NCBI RefSeq assembly: GCF_035594765.1
Contig: NC_085846.1
Location: 14,805,190-14,869,189 of the forward strand
Length of the DNA stretch: 64,000 nt
Source of the DNA: Anolis carolinensis
Taxonomy: Eukaryota
Direction of reading: 5' to 3'
Shown: piece after piece, positions 33,736 through 47,300 of the stretch
How positions within the stretch are numbered: position 1 is the stretch's first letter
Layout of the letters: every line of letters begins with the position of its first letter
Notes under the pieces: model-generated
The model's database searches: none
What the model was told of the DNA's origin: nothing
Seen by the model: the letters and a program-made list of their open reading frames with translations, nothing else
Made by a program: the position numbers and the translations under genes

Positions 33736-35872
33736 TAATATAGAACCCAAGGTTGGTCACATTACTTTAGCATATAGCAAATTCCACGGTGCCCTTTCTA
33801 CATCTATTCTCGGCATCAAAACATAGAATACCAGTATGTGCTCTGCCTAATGACAGGGCTGGCCTCCATCACATGTAAATATATCTTCTAATTAGGTCAG
33901 CCAACTCACCACACTGGTCCGCTCCTTTTTCTACGTCAGGAGAGAATGCTTCCGGAACATGGCTATATAGCCCAAAAAATTCACAGCAACCCATACCAGG
34001 AGTTGTTATCCAAAGTACCAATTTACCTGTGCTCTTATTTCCAAGGAACGGTCACTGGATCGCTTATTCTATCTTCTTGAGATGCTTGTCTTTTATTTAT
34101 TTCTTACCTCAGACTTTTGGAGATGCTTTTTCCTTATCTTCTTTCTTTTTTCTCAAAAGAATATTATTTTTCCATACTTTTGGTGCCCCCAGCTTGCTTC
34201 TGATGACGGTATATGTCAATTCGCATACAACCTGAAGTCTGTGCTCGTGCGGTCGGCCTGTCTCCGCTGTTGCCTATGTCTGGACTTTGAATTGGGTTCC
34301 TGCCCTGCCTGCCTTTTCCCTATTTCTATGTCGATCAATGGGACAAGGATGATGGAATGATAAGGAGGCAATTAGGGAGTTCCTGTCAGTTAGCAAGCAG
34401 GGGAGAAAGTTGGATACCGTACGCTGAGCATATCTGCTGCTCATTGTGCATTTGAGATACACACCCAGCCAAACAGAAAGTTCTGTAAATAAACAGACAG
34501 GATCTACATATATATGGTAGTAATGTGCGCATATAAACATTTATCTTGGCCTTCCACAGTTAGGTTTACATGAATGTTTCCATGAAGGGGGGGGGAGGAA
34601 CTACTCCAACATTTAGAGGACTCTTTGGTCCTCGAGCTTCACCCAGAATGACTAGTGGTACAGGATGGTCGGAGCTGTCCTTCAAGACATCTGGTGGATT
34701 AATAGTCTCTGGCCCTTCCTTAGATTGGATTTAGACTTAAGTCATATTGATACTGACGACGTCTCTTTCTCTGGAGATATTTAAACAGAAGCTGGATGAC
34801 CATCTGTTGGGAGTGCTTTGACTGTGTATTCCTATACGGCAGGGGGTTGGACCGAATGGCCTTTGGAGTCTTTCCCAGTTCTATGATTCTATGATGGTAG
34901 ACCTATTGATGCCAATGAAATTTCAGTTAATCAGGGCCAGTTTAACTCAGATCAATTTCAGTGGGTCTGCACTATGTATTATTAAGCTGGATCCAATCCT
35001 CTGTACGTGGAATCCCTTTTCTTTTATTGTAGGGCAGTGTCTCGCTTGTAGAGTTTGCCAGGGATCTATGGAAGTGGCCAAGCAAATATTTTGGATGTAG
35101 AAGCTTCCCAGGTCTAATTCCCAGCTTTTCCAATTAAAGTCAGACAGAAAGTGCTGAGAATAATCTCTGTGCTTGAGACTTTGCCAAGGAAAGCAGATTT
35201 GATAAGCAATCTGAGTGGGTATAAGGCACCTCAAGTGTGTTTGTGGGAGACTACGTGTGAATGTGAGCAGGTGATGATTTGTGTTTGTGCATGAGACGTA
35301 TGTTTGCAATTGAAGGAGAGAAATGATGCATCTACACGGTAGACTGAAAGCAGTTTGATACCACTTTAACTGCCATGGCTCAAGGCTATGGAATCCTGGA
35401 TGTTGTAGTCTTACAATCCCTTTAGACAAGGCATGGGCAAACTTTGTACCTCCAGGTGTTTTAGACTTGAACTCCCACGATTCCTAACAGCCTCAGGCCC
35501 TTTCCTTTTCCCCCTCAGCCGCTTAAGCGGCTGAGGGGGAAAAGGAAGGGGCCTGAGGCTGTTAGGAATCGTGGGAGTTCAAGTCTAAAACACCTGGAGG
35601 TACAAAGTTTGCCTTGCTGGTGCCTTTCCAAACTACAAATCCCAGGATTTCATAGCCGTGAGCCACGGCAGTTCAAGTGTTGCCAAACTACATTCATTCC
35701 ACCATGTAGCAAAAGATCCTGCATCCAAGAATTGTGTTATAATTATTTGCAGGTTGCCTTGAGCCATGGCAATGAAATTGCTGGCAAACTGCATTCATTC
35801 CGCAGTCTAGATGCGTCCAAATAGAGAGAGATCTGGTCTGGAATTGGTGTTTTGCTTCACCTGAAACACAGG

Positions 35873-35874
<2 letters not shown>

Positions 35875-35926
<52 letters not shown>
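35875..35926. repeat. (GATA)n microsatellite
   Basis: About 12 perfect units; continues after the MITE at 36444. Confidence 0.95.
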
Positions 35927-36443
35927 CCCTGTTTCCCTGAAAATAAGACATCCCCAGAAAATAAGACCTAGTAGAGGTTTTGCTGAATTGTTAAATATAA
36001 AGCCTCCCCCGAAAGTAAGACCTAGTAAAGTTTTGTTTGGGAGCATGCAGGATCAGTAAATGTACATACCATAGATTGTTGTACGTGGAAATAAAGATAG
36101 TAACAAGAAATAATAATAATAATATAATAACTTTATTCTTGTATCCCACCTCCATCTCCCAGATGGGACTCACATACGAACAGAAATTTAAAACAGTGAT
36201 TTAAAAACAGTATAGCAATAAAATATAATATAGAAATTGTTGAAAGGATTCACAGTTTGGTTATGCTAGTTTGTGATGACAACTACTGTACAGTAAATAA
36301 TAAATTTTCATTTTTTAAAAATTCAACCATAGATGTGAATTCTTCTTTGTGGAAAAATAAGACATCCCCTGAAAATAAGACCTAGCAAATCTTTGTGAGC
36401 AAAAATTAATAAAAGGCACTGTCTTATTTTTGGGGAAACAGGG
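35927..36443. mobile_element. pogo/Tigger-like MITE inserted into the GATA microsatellite
   Basis: TIR CCCTGTTTCCC.GAAAATAAGAC / GTCTTATTTT.GGGGAAACAGGG, TA TSD. Confidence 0.85.
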
Positions 36444-37975
36444 TAGATAGATAGATGGCTGGATGGATGGATGGATGGATCAGCTGTAGTCTGTGCCTGG
36501 AGGATAAGGAAACGACTCAGGTGATGAGCTGCTGATAGCATTGCTGCAAGATATCCTCGATTTCCAGAGTAATCTAGCAGAATATTTCCTTCTAATATAG
36601 AAAACTTCATGGGTCTGTGTCAAAGGCATAAGACTTGTAGGACTATATGGGACGGTTGCAAAAGACATGGGGAAATTTGAGTACTTCTTATCTTTTCTAG
36701 AATCAGAGCTCCTTTTTCTACCTCTCAATTCACAACAAAGCAACATGCTTTTGGATAGGTTTCAAGGTGTTTCCTTTTGCTTATTTATTTGACCATCTGT
36801 GACAGAAGCAAGAGGAGCTTACAAAGTGGGACATATCATTCCAGCTTCCCTGACGTGTTGAACTACAACTCCTAACATCCAGGTTGGGGAAGAGAGGGAC
36901 CTTCCACGCAGGATACTTTTGCCACCTACGTACCTGAACACATGGAGTCGAGGTGCATTGGGGATCCCTCCCCTCCACAAACATACACAACAACTGAATC
37001 CTGAAGGATTGCTTTTGACACTAATGCTGCTTTACGAACAGATCTGGATGGACAAAGCGGATTGAGCATATGGCCAAGGGCAGCAAGGGACAGTCAAATT
37101 AGCGGTGGCCCAATGCAATTAGCTACCAGTAGGTGAACCTACGTAAGAGCCTCAGAGAGGGAGTGCTACCTATGGGTTAGAGGAGAGGAGGCTGGGAACT
37201 CAGATACCAGGGTCTTTTGAGGAGGCAAATTCGATCTAAAGAGATGGAGAAATGAATGAAAACCCATCTGAGATAAGGTTTTGGTTTGCAGTCTTTAATA
37301 ATATCTACCAGAGAATGCTGATGCCTCACCTTACTAGAGCTCCTATAATTCCATAGCATTGAGCCATGGCAGTTTAAATGGTTTCAAACTGCATTAATTT
37401 CACACTAGGCAGGTAAAAGTAAACACTGGCCAATATATATTTTGGTGTGTCAAATGTCAGCCCCGTTTCGGTGTATATCTGACCTGCTGTTTCAAAAAAT
37501 TGCACGAATTTCCCCCCCATCAGCTCTAATTTTTGAGATACAGAACATATGACCTATTCCAATAGTCATCTGCTTGCCCACAGAAAGTCATAATGACCAT
37601 ATCTAAGAAACTAGAGCTGTTGTGGTCTATTAAATGTAATTTTCTGAATCGGAGCCCCAAATAAGGCACGAACAGATCTAAAAGCCAAGACATCAAGTTT
37701 TCATTTTGCTGGCTGTGTTATCTAGGATGTAACTCATACCTTCTAACATTTCACTGATGCAACCCAGGACATGTGCAGCCAAACAACATCAGAACCTGGT
37801 TAAGATGCCAAAAGTTATTAATGAGGAAGAATATATACATTACGATAGGCTGCAGCGACTTGCTTTTGCCTGAGTCTACATTCCCACCACCTCTGCTGAG
37901 TTGCAAACTACTTTGGCAAGATGAACTAAAGTCTGCATCAATTCAACTAGCAGAGGATGAAGGAGGAAATTAGGA

Positions 37976-38712
37976 AGAATCATAGAGTTAGAAGAGACCT
38001 CATGGGCCATCCAGTCCAACGCCCTGCCAAGAAGCAGGAAAATCGCATTCAAAGCACCCCTGACAGATAGCCATCCAGCCTCTGCTTAAAAGCCTCCAAA
38101 GAAGAAGCCCCCAGCACACTCCAGGGCAGAGAGTTCCACTGCTGAACAGCTCTTACAGTTAGGAAGTTGTTCCTCGTGTTCAGGCGGAATCTTCCTTCCT
38201 GTAGTTTGAAGCCGTTGTTCCGTGTCCTAGTCTCCAGGGCAACAGAAAACAAGCCAGCTCCCTCCTCCCTATGACTTCCCCTCACATATTGATACATGGC
38301 CCTCATCATGTCTCCTCTCAGCCTCTCTTCTGCAGGCCAAACATGCCCAGCTCTTTAAGCCGCTCCTCATAGGGCTTGTTCTCCAGACCCTTGATCATTT
38401 TAGTCGCTCTCCTCTGGACACATTCCAGCTTAGAGACAACATCTCCCTTAAGGTACAGTGCCCAGAATTGGACACAGTGTGATTCCAGGTGTGGTCTGAC
38501 CAAGGCAGAATAGAGGGGTAGCATGACTTCCCTGGAGCTAGACACTATATTCCTCTTTATACAGGCCAAAATCCCATTGGCCTTCTTTGCAGCCACATTG
38601 CATTATTGGCTCATGTTTAATTAGTTGTCTATTAGAACTCCAAGATCTTTTTCACTAGTATTGCTGTTGAGCCAGGCACCCCCCCCCCCCCCCATTCTGT
38701 ATCTTTGCATTT
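37976..38712 (-). mobile_element. CR1 LINE 3' fragment
   Basis: Minus-strand ORF2 C-terminal peptides ([26 protein letters not shown]); frameshifted. Confidence 0.92.
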
Positions 38713-40397
38713 GGAGTATCTTGCATTTGTCCCTGAGCAAAGAGAATGTAGGAACATTTAAAAGCAGCTGAAAAAAAGTGAGACAACAGAGGATGAATCA
38801 TGACTGTTCCTGCCAAATTGGGACAGTTGATGGGTATGGCAGCCATGCCCATTAACAAAATGGAAGTGTCATAACTGTGAGAGGACCCTCAGAATTGGAT
38901 TCAGCTCATAATTCTGAGTAAGTACGCACAGCATTTCACTGTTGAAGCACAATGCTACACCCTCGAACAGTAATCAGGAGAAGAAAGAGAGAGCCAGCCA
39001 GATGGTGTTTTTTCATAATCTCAGATTAAATCCACGTTCTCGTTATGATCCCTTCTTTATATGTTTTTAATTATATGTGAAAGCAATCTTTCCCGTCTCC
39101 TTATTGAAAGACTTACAATTCAGGCCTAAATTTGGAGCAAGTATGTGCAAGGTTGCACTGTTAAACATACATCTCACCTTCCCATTGCCATTACTAGGGA
39201 AAAAAGAAAGCCAATGCGATGGATATCTACAAGCTCAGGTTAAATCCATTTGTTCCCATTTGTGGTTCCTTCCTTACTACGCACACATATGCAATGGGAG
39301 GAGTCTTTTCCTTGTCTTTTCCTTATAAGGAGGTCTTATTTGAATAATTAATGATATGCATCCAAGGTATTTAAGGCAAAGGAGCACAAGGCAGATGCAA
39401 ACTCTCCATGTGAGCATAGAACGAATGCACATGGCTTCAAAGGAAGAATGTTTATTGAGTTTATGAGGCATGTACCACCACAAGTAGTATCTGAGAAGCA
39501 GGACCCATAACCTGATTATTGTCTAGGATGGTCCTCTTGTGATGAAGTGGGGTTGTAGTTTAGTTTCACTTAGAAGAACCCTTTGGATCAATTGTTGACT
39601 GGTAGAAGGTCTAAATCAGTGGTTGTCAATTTGTGGGTCGCCAGATGTTTTGGCCTTCACCTCCCAGAAATCCTAACAGCTGGTAAACTGGATGGGGTTT
39701 CTGGGAGTTGTAGGCCAAAACACCTGGGGACCCACAGGTTGAGAACCACTGGTCTAAATCCTATTGTCTCCAATAGGGCTTACTTTCAGGTATCTTTCCG
39801 TAGTACTAAAACTTTTCACCTCTCCCATGACAGTTGGTGGCACTTGGAAAAGTAGATTTGGGGTATTTTGTCATGACCTGCATGTCTTATCAGCTTTTTG
39901 TTTGATTGTTTATTACCAGAAGTGCTGTTAATCCACAGAGTGTTTTACTGCTTAAGGTAGCTCAATTCCTGGGGTCAAGAGAGCAATATCTGCCGCTGTG
40001 CTCCCATCTGTCCACTTGTCTCTACATATGCCATCTCCTTCCATGTTTTCATTCTTTTAAATACATATTTTGCTCCCCCCACCCACCCCTTCCCCTGCCA
40101 CTTTGAGGGCTGGCACATGTTGAGGAACCGTGTCCAACGTTGAAGAAAGGGAGGCCAGGAGGGCAACGGGGAAGGAGGGAGCGAGGAAGGCCCGTAAAGT
40201 CCAAATCCGATTTCCCTGGCGTTAAAGAGCTTGGAGCAAATGTGATCAGCGCAACCTAAAATAGCCCCCTCCCTCAATCTCTCTCCCTTTGTGTGTACAA
40301 TATGTGTGTGCACACATGCAGACTCATCATGGCCACCAGGTGTAGCAAAGCGAGGACTCCAGGGCCCCGACTCCACCCACATCCACCCCAGGGAGTC

Positions 40398-40404
40398 TAT
40401 AAAA
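40398..40404 (+). promoter_or_regulatory. TATA box of the visinin gene
   Basis: TATAAAA 119 nt upstream of the ATG; TAATCC (CRX/OTX type) at 39929-39934. Confidence 0.7.
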
Positions 40405-40516
40405 GAAGGTGCCCTGGGCACAAGGCCTTCCACTGGCTAGGTTGAAACAGGGCAGGAAGGACAAGCCAGGAACTGTTGGTGAAGCGGCGTGGGGTGCGTG
40501 AGCATACACCCAAACC

Positions 40517-40897
40517 ATGGGCAATAGCAAGAGCGGAGCTCTATCCAAGGAGATCCTGGAAGATCTGAAGCTGAACACCAAGTATTCGGAAGATGAGCTT
40601 TGCAAATGGTATGAGAGCTTCCAGAAGCAATGTCCCGATGGGCGCATCAGCCGGTCTGAGTTTGAAAAGATCTATGCCAACTTCTTCCCCAACTCTGACC
40701 CCAAGGTCTATGCCCGGCACGTCTTCCGGAGCTTTGACACCAACGATGATGGGACCCTAGACTTCCGGGAGTACATCATTGCGCTCCATCTCACCTCCAC
40801 CGGCAAGACCAACCTCAAGCTGGAATGGGCCTTCGCACTCTTTGATGTGGATCGCAATGGAGAGATCAGCAAGCATGAGGTTCTTGAGATCGTCGCA
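40517..40897 (+). CDS. Visinin (cone recoverin paralogue, neuronal calcium sensor), coding exon 1
   Basis: Myristoylation motif MGNSKS, EF-hands DTNDDGTLDFRE and DVDRNGEISKHE. QCPDGRI, YARHVFRSF and LKLEWAF match recalled chicken visinin better than recoverin. 381-nt exon, donor GCA|GTAAGT. Confidence 0.95.
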
Positions 40898-43800
40898 GTA
40901 AGTGAGAGGGATGGGTGGGGAGGTGTGAGAGACGGAGCCATGGGAAAAGGGTCATGGGAAAGATCCACGTCGAGAGCTTCCCCACCACAGTGTGCTGTGG
41001 ATTAAATTACACTTATGGGGCTAACTGCTGTAGATCTTTTGCACAGAACTGCTTAGACAACAACTCACTAAAGAAGCCACTGAACTCTGAATACTGAGTT
41101 GTTTCATGTTTTTGTTTGGGTAGTAGTTGATTTCGGGTGCATATCCCTTTACATCAGGCCTTATTATAGCTGGAACGGCAATATAGTCAACCCAAGTTCA
41201 TTTCATTAGATGGAAACCAGTGAAAGTGGCTAGCTCACATCCAGGTCTCTCGCTTCAAGAGACATATAGTCCTATCCATGTAGCTGTATCACTAGCTTGC
41301 CTATGCTTGGAGCAAATTCAGTCCTACCAACAATTGTTTATTCTCCTAGGGGACAGAGAACTGTAATCCTCTTGGTCAGTCTTAACTAGAATGTCTTACT
41401 CTAGTCAATACACAGGTAAATCCCATTGACAATGGGTTACCGCCGGCCATAGTCACATGTTGGAGCCGTACTTCGTAAAGGGGAAGGAAGGATGGAAGGG
41501 GCAAGAACTGGGCACGTTCTCAATCCTTCTCAATCCACCTGGACGTGATGGGATGACAAGGGATTACTTTGGTCAAAGGCTTTGTCTTTTGCCCAATAAG
41601 CCTTGGCCTATGGGGGGGAAATCCTGTTACGTCTATTTAACGAGATGAACAAGATTGGCAGAGCAGTAAACAGCTCTAAATCCAGGGCTAATTATATCTC
41701 ACTGGCCTCAACTGTCCCCAGCAGGAAGCAAATGTTCGTATTTTATGCAAGATAGGTATCACTATCTTTGTGAAAGAGTGTAGTCTGAAAAATAAACAGA
41801 TCTGTACAGCTCTATGCTGCTAATTTAAAAAAGGTTTGAAACCTGTGCAACCATCATAGCTGCACTCAAAGGTACTTGGAAATTCTAATATTTTATGAGC
41901 TTTTTAACAACATATAAAGAGTCACATAGGCATACTTCATAGCCCATCATGACAGTTGAAAGGACTTGAAAATATTGGTTCAGTTTACATAGCCTCCTTT
42001 TTGTCTATGCAGCTTTGTTGACAAAATTATGCTGTTGCTCTCCCGAAGGCTCTGAAATTCCTTCCCAGGAAGACCCGATATATCCAACAGTGACTCGAAA
42101 CATGGAAAAGGACAGTATTTGATTGGAAGATGTCTTTGATAGTCACATAAATTTGGCCTTACTTGCCTCTTTGTGGATTTAACAGAGCTCTGTGTACATG
42201 CCCAATAAATCCTTTGCTGTTGCTGACCTTCCTCCACTTTTCTAGCTTCTAGACTCTTTCCCCCTCCCCATGTAGGAGAAGATAGAGCAATCTGAGATTA
42301 AAGTTGGATTAGGTGGGATTAAATCCCTGACCCACTCAGTGCAATATTTGCCTTGCTTCAACTGTATCTTCAGGGGAATAACTTCTTCTGCTCTGACCTT
42401 GAGAAGATGTGATCATAAGCAGACCATTCCCGCGAATGCCAAGATTCTGCACCGATATTACAGTTAAAGTGGGATCAGAGTTCTGTAATTGTGTAGCAGG
42501 GAACGCGAAAGAAATCTCCTTTTGCAACCAGAGGTAGTAAATTGTTGTTCGTATTGAGGTTGAATTTATCTTTAGTCTGAGTGAAGCAGTTGCAGAAGAT
42601 GAGTGCCTTGAAAGAGCAGTTGTTTACCTACTTCGTATGTGAGTTTATTTATCTGCAGGGTGAGAGGATCTTGTGGGATTTTCTGCTTCAGGACCTAAAA
42701 AATATAGCTTGGCTCTTCCTGTAAAATGAAACAAGAGAATGATTGGAAATTTGGGGAGGTGCATTGAGAAATCACAGTCAGGGAGCTCTAGTGTCTCACT
42801 AAAATACAAGTTTGTGGATATGATAAAACCATGGAAGCTAAAGTGGAATGATGTTATAATTATGCACAGTAACACACACACACACACATCTGTAACCGCA
42901 AGACTGATGCTGCAGTTTCATTTATCAATGTCCAACAAAATATGTCCTTTCTAGGTATTTATAGGTCCTCCAGCACAACTTAATTGTATTCTTGGGCCAG
43001 GAGTTATCCATTGAATCTTATTATGCTGTACTTTCTGCAAATGGGATCTTCACGTGCAAAACAATTTTCCCATATGTTTACGCATCAAATATACTTTGTC
43101 TTGTTTTGCCTACAAGCAGGGAAATATTATGAGTTGTATGAGTGATGCTAAACTGCTGGATGTCTCCCTTCAGAAGAAAATTTCAGCACATTTCAGATTG
43201 CTCTGTTAATAAGACATAGAAACTTGACCTGGAATTCAGTATAGGATTTGTGTTTGTGGAAACACAGAATTGAGCAGTTTCCCTGTGTTTCAAGCCAGCA
43301 AGAAGCAGGGATCATATTATTACATAAGGGAGCCAACAATGGGCTATAGGTGCTCTTAATGCACATTGACCAGACAATGCCAATAAACATCCCTAGACCC
43401 CTACACATCATTGCGGATACCATTACATATCTTCACAATTCACTAGGAGGTTCGCATTTCACTTGTGCTACATAGCTGAGTATGTGTAAAGTTAGACAAT
43501 GTAAACCAAAATATACAACCAAAGTCCTGGTTTTAAACCAGGCGTGAGCAAACTTCGGCCCTCCAGGTGTTTTGGACTTTGCCTCCCACAATTCCTAACA
43601 GCCGGTAGGTCCAAAACACCCAGATTGCCAAAGCCTGCCTTACAGTGAGCTAGGTTTCCACCTTTTCTTCCTATCCTTTCTTCTGAAATCTAAAAGTATA
43701 TTGGTTAGAGCGTTGAGACCAAAGTTTTATTCCCTTTTTGGCCATGGAAACCCGTTTAGCCAAGCCACACATTCTCAGTCCCAGAAAACTCAATGACATA

Positions 43801-43991
43801 GATTCCTCTTAAGGGTTGCCATAAGTTGGAAACAAAGGCACACAAGAACAATGTGCAGAAAGGAAATTATTAATACTGGGGAATGTATATGATCAGAATT
43901 TTAACCTGAAAATACTAATGAAGCCAAATTTTAAAAGCAACATAAAATGTTCCTATATTGGTTTGGTAAGTAATTGCTTTCAATAGTTTTC

Positions 43992-44306
43992 AACTAGGCA
44001 AGTGGGGTTTATATATCTGCAGAAGGTCCAGGGTGGAAGAAAGAACTCTTGTCTGTTGGAAGCAAGTGTGCCAACTTGATTAGCATTTGTGGCAAATTGC
44101 AACATTCACACTTGCCTCAAACAGACAAGAGTTATTTCTCCCACCCTGGACCTTCCACAGATTCCAACAGACCTCACAGCCTCTGAGGATGCCTGCCACA
44201 GATGTGGGAGAAACGCCAGGAGAGATTGCTTCTGGAACATGGCCATACAGCCTGGAAAACTCACAGCAACCCAGTAAATCCGGTCATGAAAGCCTTCGAC
44301 AACACA
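43992..44306. mobile_element. Degenerate inverted Penelope pLTR with mutated hammerhead (44180-44220)
   Basis: Inverted then direct pLTR ending GAAAGCCTTCGACAACAC; cleavage triplet GCC instead of GUC. Confidence 0.8.
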
Positions 44307-47300
44307 GGATCAAATGACTTTTAAAAAGTAATTTTCCAGCTTCTAGTTTAACCTGATTATGTTTTGGGCATCACACCAGGGGATAGTCTGATGAAAGTAA
44401 TAAATTGACATCTTTGCCAGAGATGCACAATTGGAAGAGGAACAGATTTTTCCTAATGTGAGAGTAGGGCAATCTTAACATGTTAATTTTGCGTCTGCAC
44501 CAGAGTCATTTCTTTAAAGGTGCAATAGTGCTCTAATTTTTGAAAAAGAGCTGGCAATTCAATAACTGGCAGAACAGACTTGGTTACATGGATTCCACGA
44601 TGGATGAAGCAGCTGAATGAAATGTAGCACAGTCAAGCCTTTGTACCCACAAATTCAAGACTCCATAGTTCAAAAATAGTTTTTAAAAATTCAAAAACCT
44701 AACCGATTTTGCTATTTTATATAAAGGACACCATTTTAGATATCATTGTATATCATGCGACTTGAGCATCCATTAATTTTGGTATCCATGGTCCTGAAAC
44801 TAAATCCCATTAGATAACAAGGTCCCACAGCATATTCATAGATTGAACCAGGTGTGGTCTTTTAAATGTTACAAGCTATAAAACAGGCATGGGCAAACTT
44901 CGGCCTTCCTGATGTTTTGGACTTCAACTCCCACAATTCCTAACAGCCTACCGGCTGTTAGGAATTGTGAGAGTTGAAGTCCAAAACACCTGGAGGGCCG
45001 AAGTTTGCCCATGCCTGCTATAAACCCAAATGATTGAACAGGTTTGCGGGTCTACTCTCAGGTGAAAAAAATATATAGATATAAACCTCTATCGAACCCC
45101 CGCTTATCTCACCTGTAAATAGTTCAGAAACAATACTGGCCCTTTGCAGAGCATCTTATTAGTGCCAAGTTAACTAAGACAGTTATGGTTTTCCCTGGTA
45201 CCTGTCACTTGGACAGTCCCCATAATGCCCCCCCCCCAAGCCATCTGGAAGCTCACATAATCACTTGTAAGTCCAGGATTAACCCAAGAGTGTGTGTATC
45301 TATACATGTATCCCACATTCCACTCCTGAAATAGCCTCAAGGATGAGCTGCTGACGCACAGGTAGAAACGTCAAGTATATGATTAGGCTCCAGAAGAAAC
45401 CCATTGTTTGAACATTAGCTCCAAGTTGAAGGAGGGATTGGCTCAACCCCAAATTAGTAGAATTCAACCAGCACTGAGGCAGCAAAAAGGAACTCTACTA
45501 GGATGATTGGGAATGAAATTGTGCTTCTAACAGAATATTTTCACTGGAGGAAAGAAGGTTAAAACAGTGGTTCCAGATGTCAGGCTACACCAGGCATGGG
45601 CCAATAGGCTGTTAGGAATTGTGGGAATTGAAGTCCAAAACACCTGGAAGGCCGAAGCTTACCCATGCCTGGGCTACACCTTTTCAAAACCCACTCCTGC
45701 CTAGTCAACAGTGAAGAATTCTGGGAAACATAGTCCAACACTATCCTTGAACCTCAGACTGGAAACTATTGAATTAGAAGAAAGCAGAACAGTTGAACAT
45801 TTCTGTGTGTGGCATTCCTTTCTCATTTTTATTCATCCATTGCTATAGTCTTCAATACCTATAGTCTTCCATAGATGCAAACCTACATCATCTCATGTGA
45901 CTCTCTAGATCAGGCATAGGAATTGTGGGATTTGAAGTCCAAAACACCTGGAAGAGAGCCAAAGTTTGTCCATGCCTGATCTAGATGTTCTTGAAGTGGC
46001 AACTTCCAGCACACCTTTCCACTTAAGACTGCTGGGACTTTCACTCTTATACAGTGGTTCTCAACCTGTGGGTCCCCAGATGTTTTGGCCTTCAACACCC
46101 ATAAATCATAACAGCTAGTAACTGGCTGGGATTTCTGGGAGTTGGAGGCCGAAACACCTAGGGACCCACAGGTTGAGAACCACCATTCTAATAAAATGTG
46201 GGTGTCCACTCTTGGTTTATACCATAATTCAGAGTCAGAGAATATCTGCCCCTCTTAACAAGTGGAACAGAAGCTCAGCCCAACTTATCCCTTTTATGAA
46301 CTAACTGCTCATTTGAAACCATAGCTAGATAATCTCATTCTCCAAGACAACATTGATCAGATTGCTGGGGTTGAATCAGGAAGAACTGTGCTCAAACCTT
46401 CACTTAGCTCCAAGGATCACTGTTGGAGTTTGAGACAGTTTGCCTCATACCAGTTTACACTAACAACCTGAAGAGAGAGAAAATAGTAGGTTTGCTAGCT
46501 AGACTCTGAGGTCAATGGTTGAAGAATAGGAAAGAAAAGTGATGGACAGCATTCACCCTAGAATTGAACATCTCATTTGTGTTTCTCTTGGTCTTCTGCT
46601 ATTATAGCTATCCCTTATAATTTACTTGTATGGCCTCCACCACCCATCCTTGCTTTCTCTCAGCAGGTATTCTTATCTATTCTTCTTTCCCAGAACTAGC
46701 TTTCCCATTAGGTCAGTGGTTCTCAACTTGTGGGCCCCCAGGTGTTTTGGCCTACAACTTCCAGAAATCCCAGCCAGTTTACCAGCTGTTAGGATTTCTG
46801 GGAGTCGAAGGAGAAAATATCTGAGGACCCACAGGTTGAGAACCACTATATTAGGTGGAAAGAGGTGACCCTCTCAGATGGTGGGCATGTGGCAAAGTGT
46901 TGGAGGGCAGAGTTATTTGCGTCACATGGGCTGCCCTGGACTTCTTATGTTCTCAGCTTCTGAGATGCAATAGAGCAGGCATGGGCAAACTTTGGCCCTC
47001 CAGGTGTTTTGGACGACAACTCCCACAATTCCCAACAGCCAGTAGGCTGTTGGGAATTGTGGGAGTTGTCGTCCAAAACACCCAGAGAGCCGAAGTTTGC
47101 CCATACTTGCAATAAAGAATGTAATCCTCAGATGGCTGTGAAAAGAAGCACTTTGCCCTGCAGAATGGAGTTAACATGGTGGAACTTCCTATCACAAGAT
47201 GCAGGGACAAGCGTCAATTCAGACAGTTTTAGAAAGAGGATTAGACAAGGTTATGGAGGGTTAAGTCGATCAAAGGCTATTAATAACCAGGAGCTATAGA

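Noticed and set aside
34195-34242. TGATGA...CTGA C/D-box-like or CUGAUGA...GAA hammerhead-like motif
   Set aside because: Only about 34 nt between the boxes, no host intron on that strand, and it lacks GAAA and proper stems.
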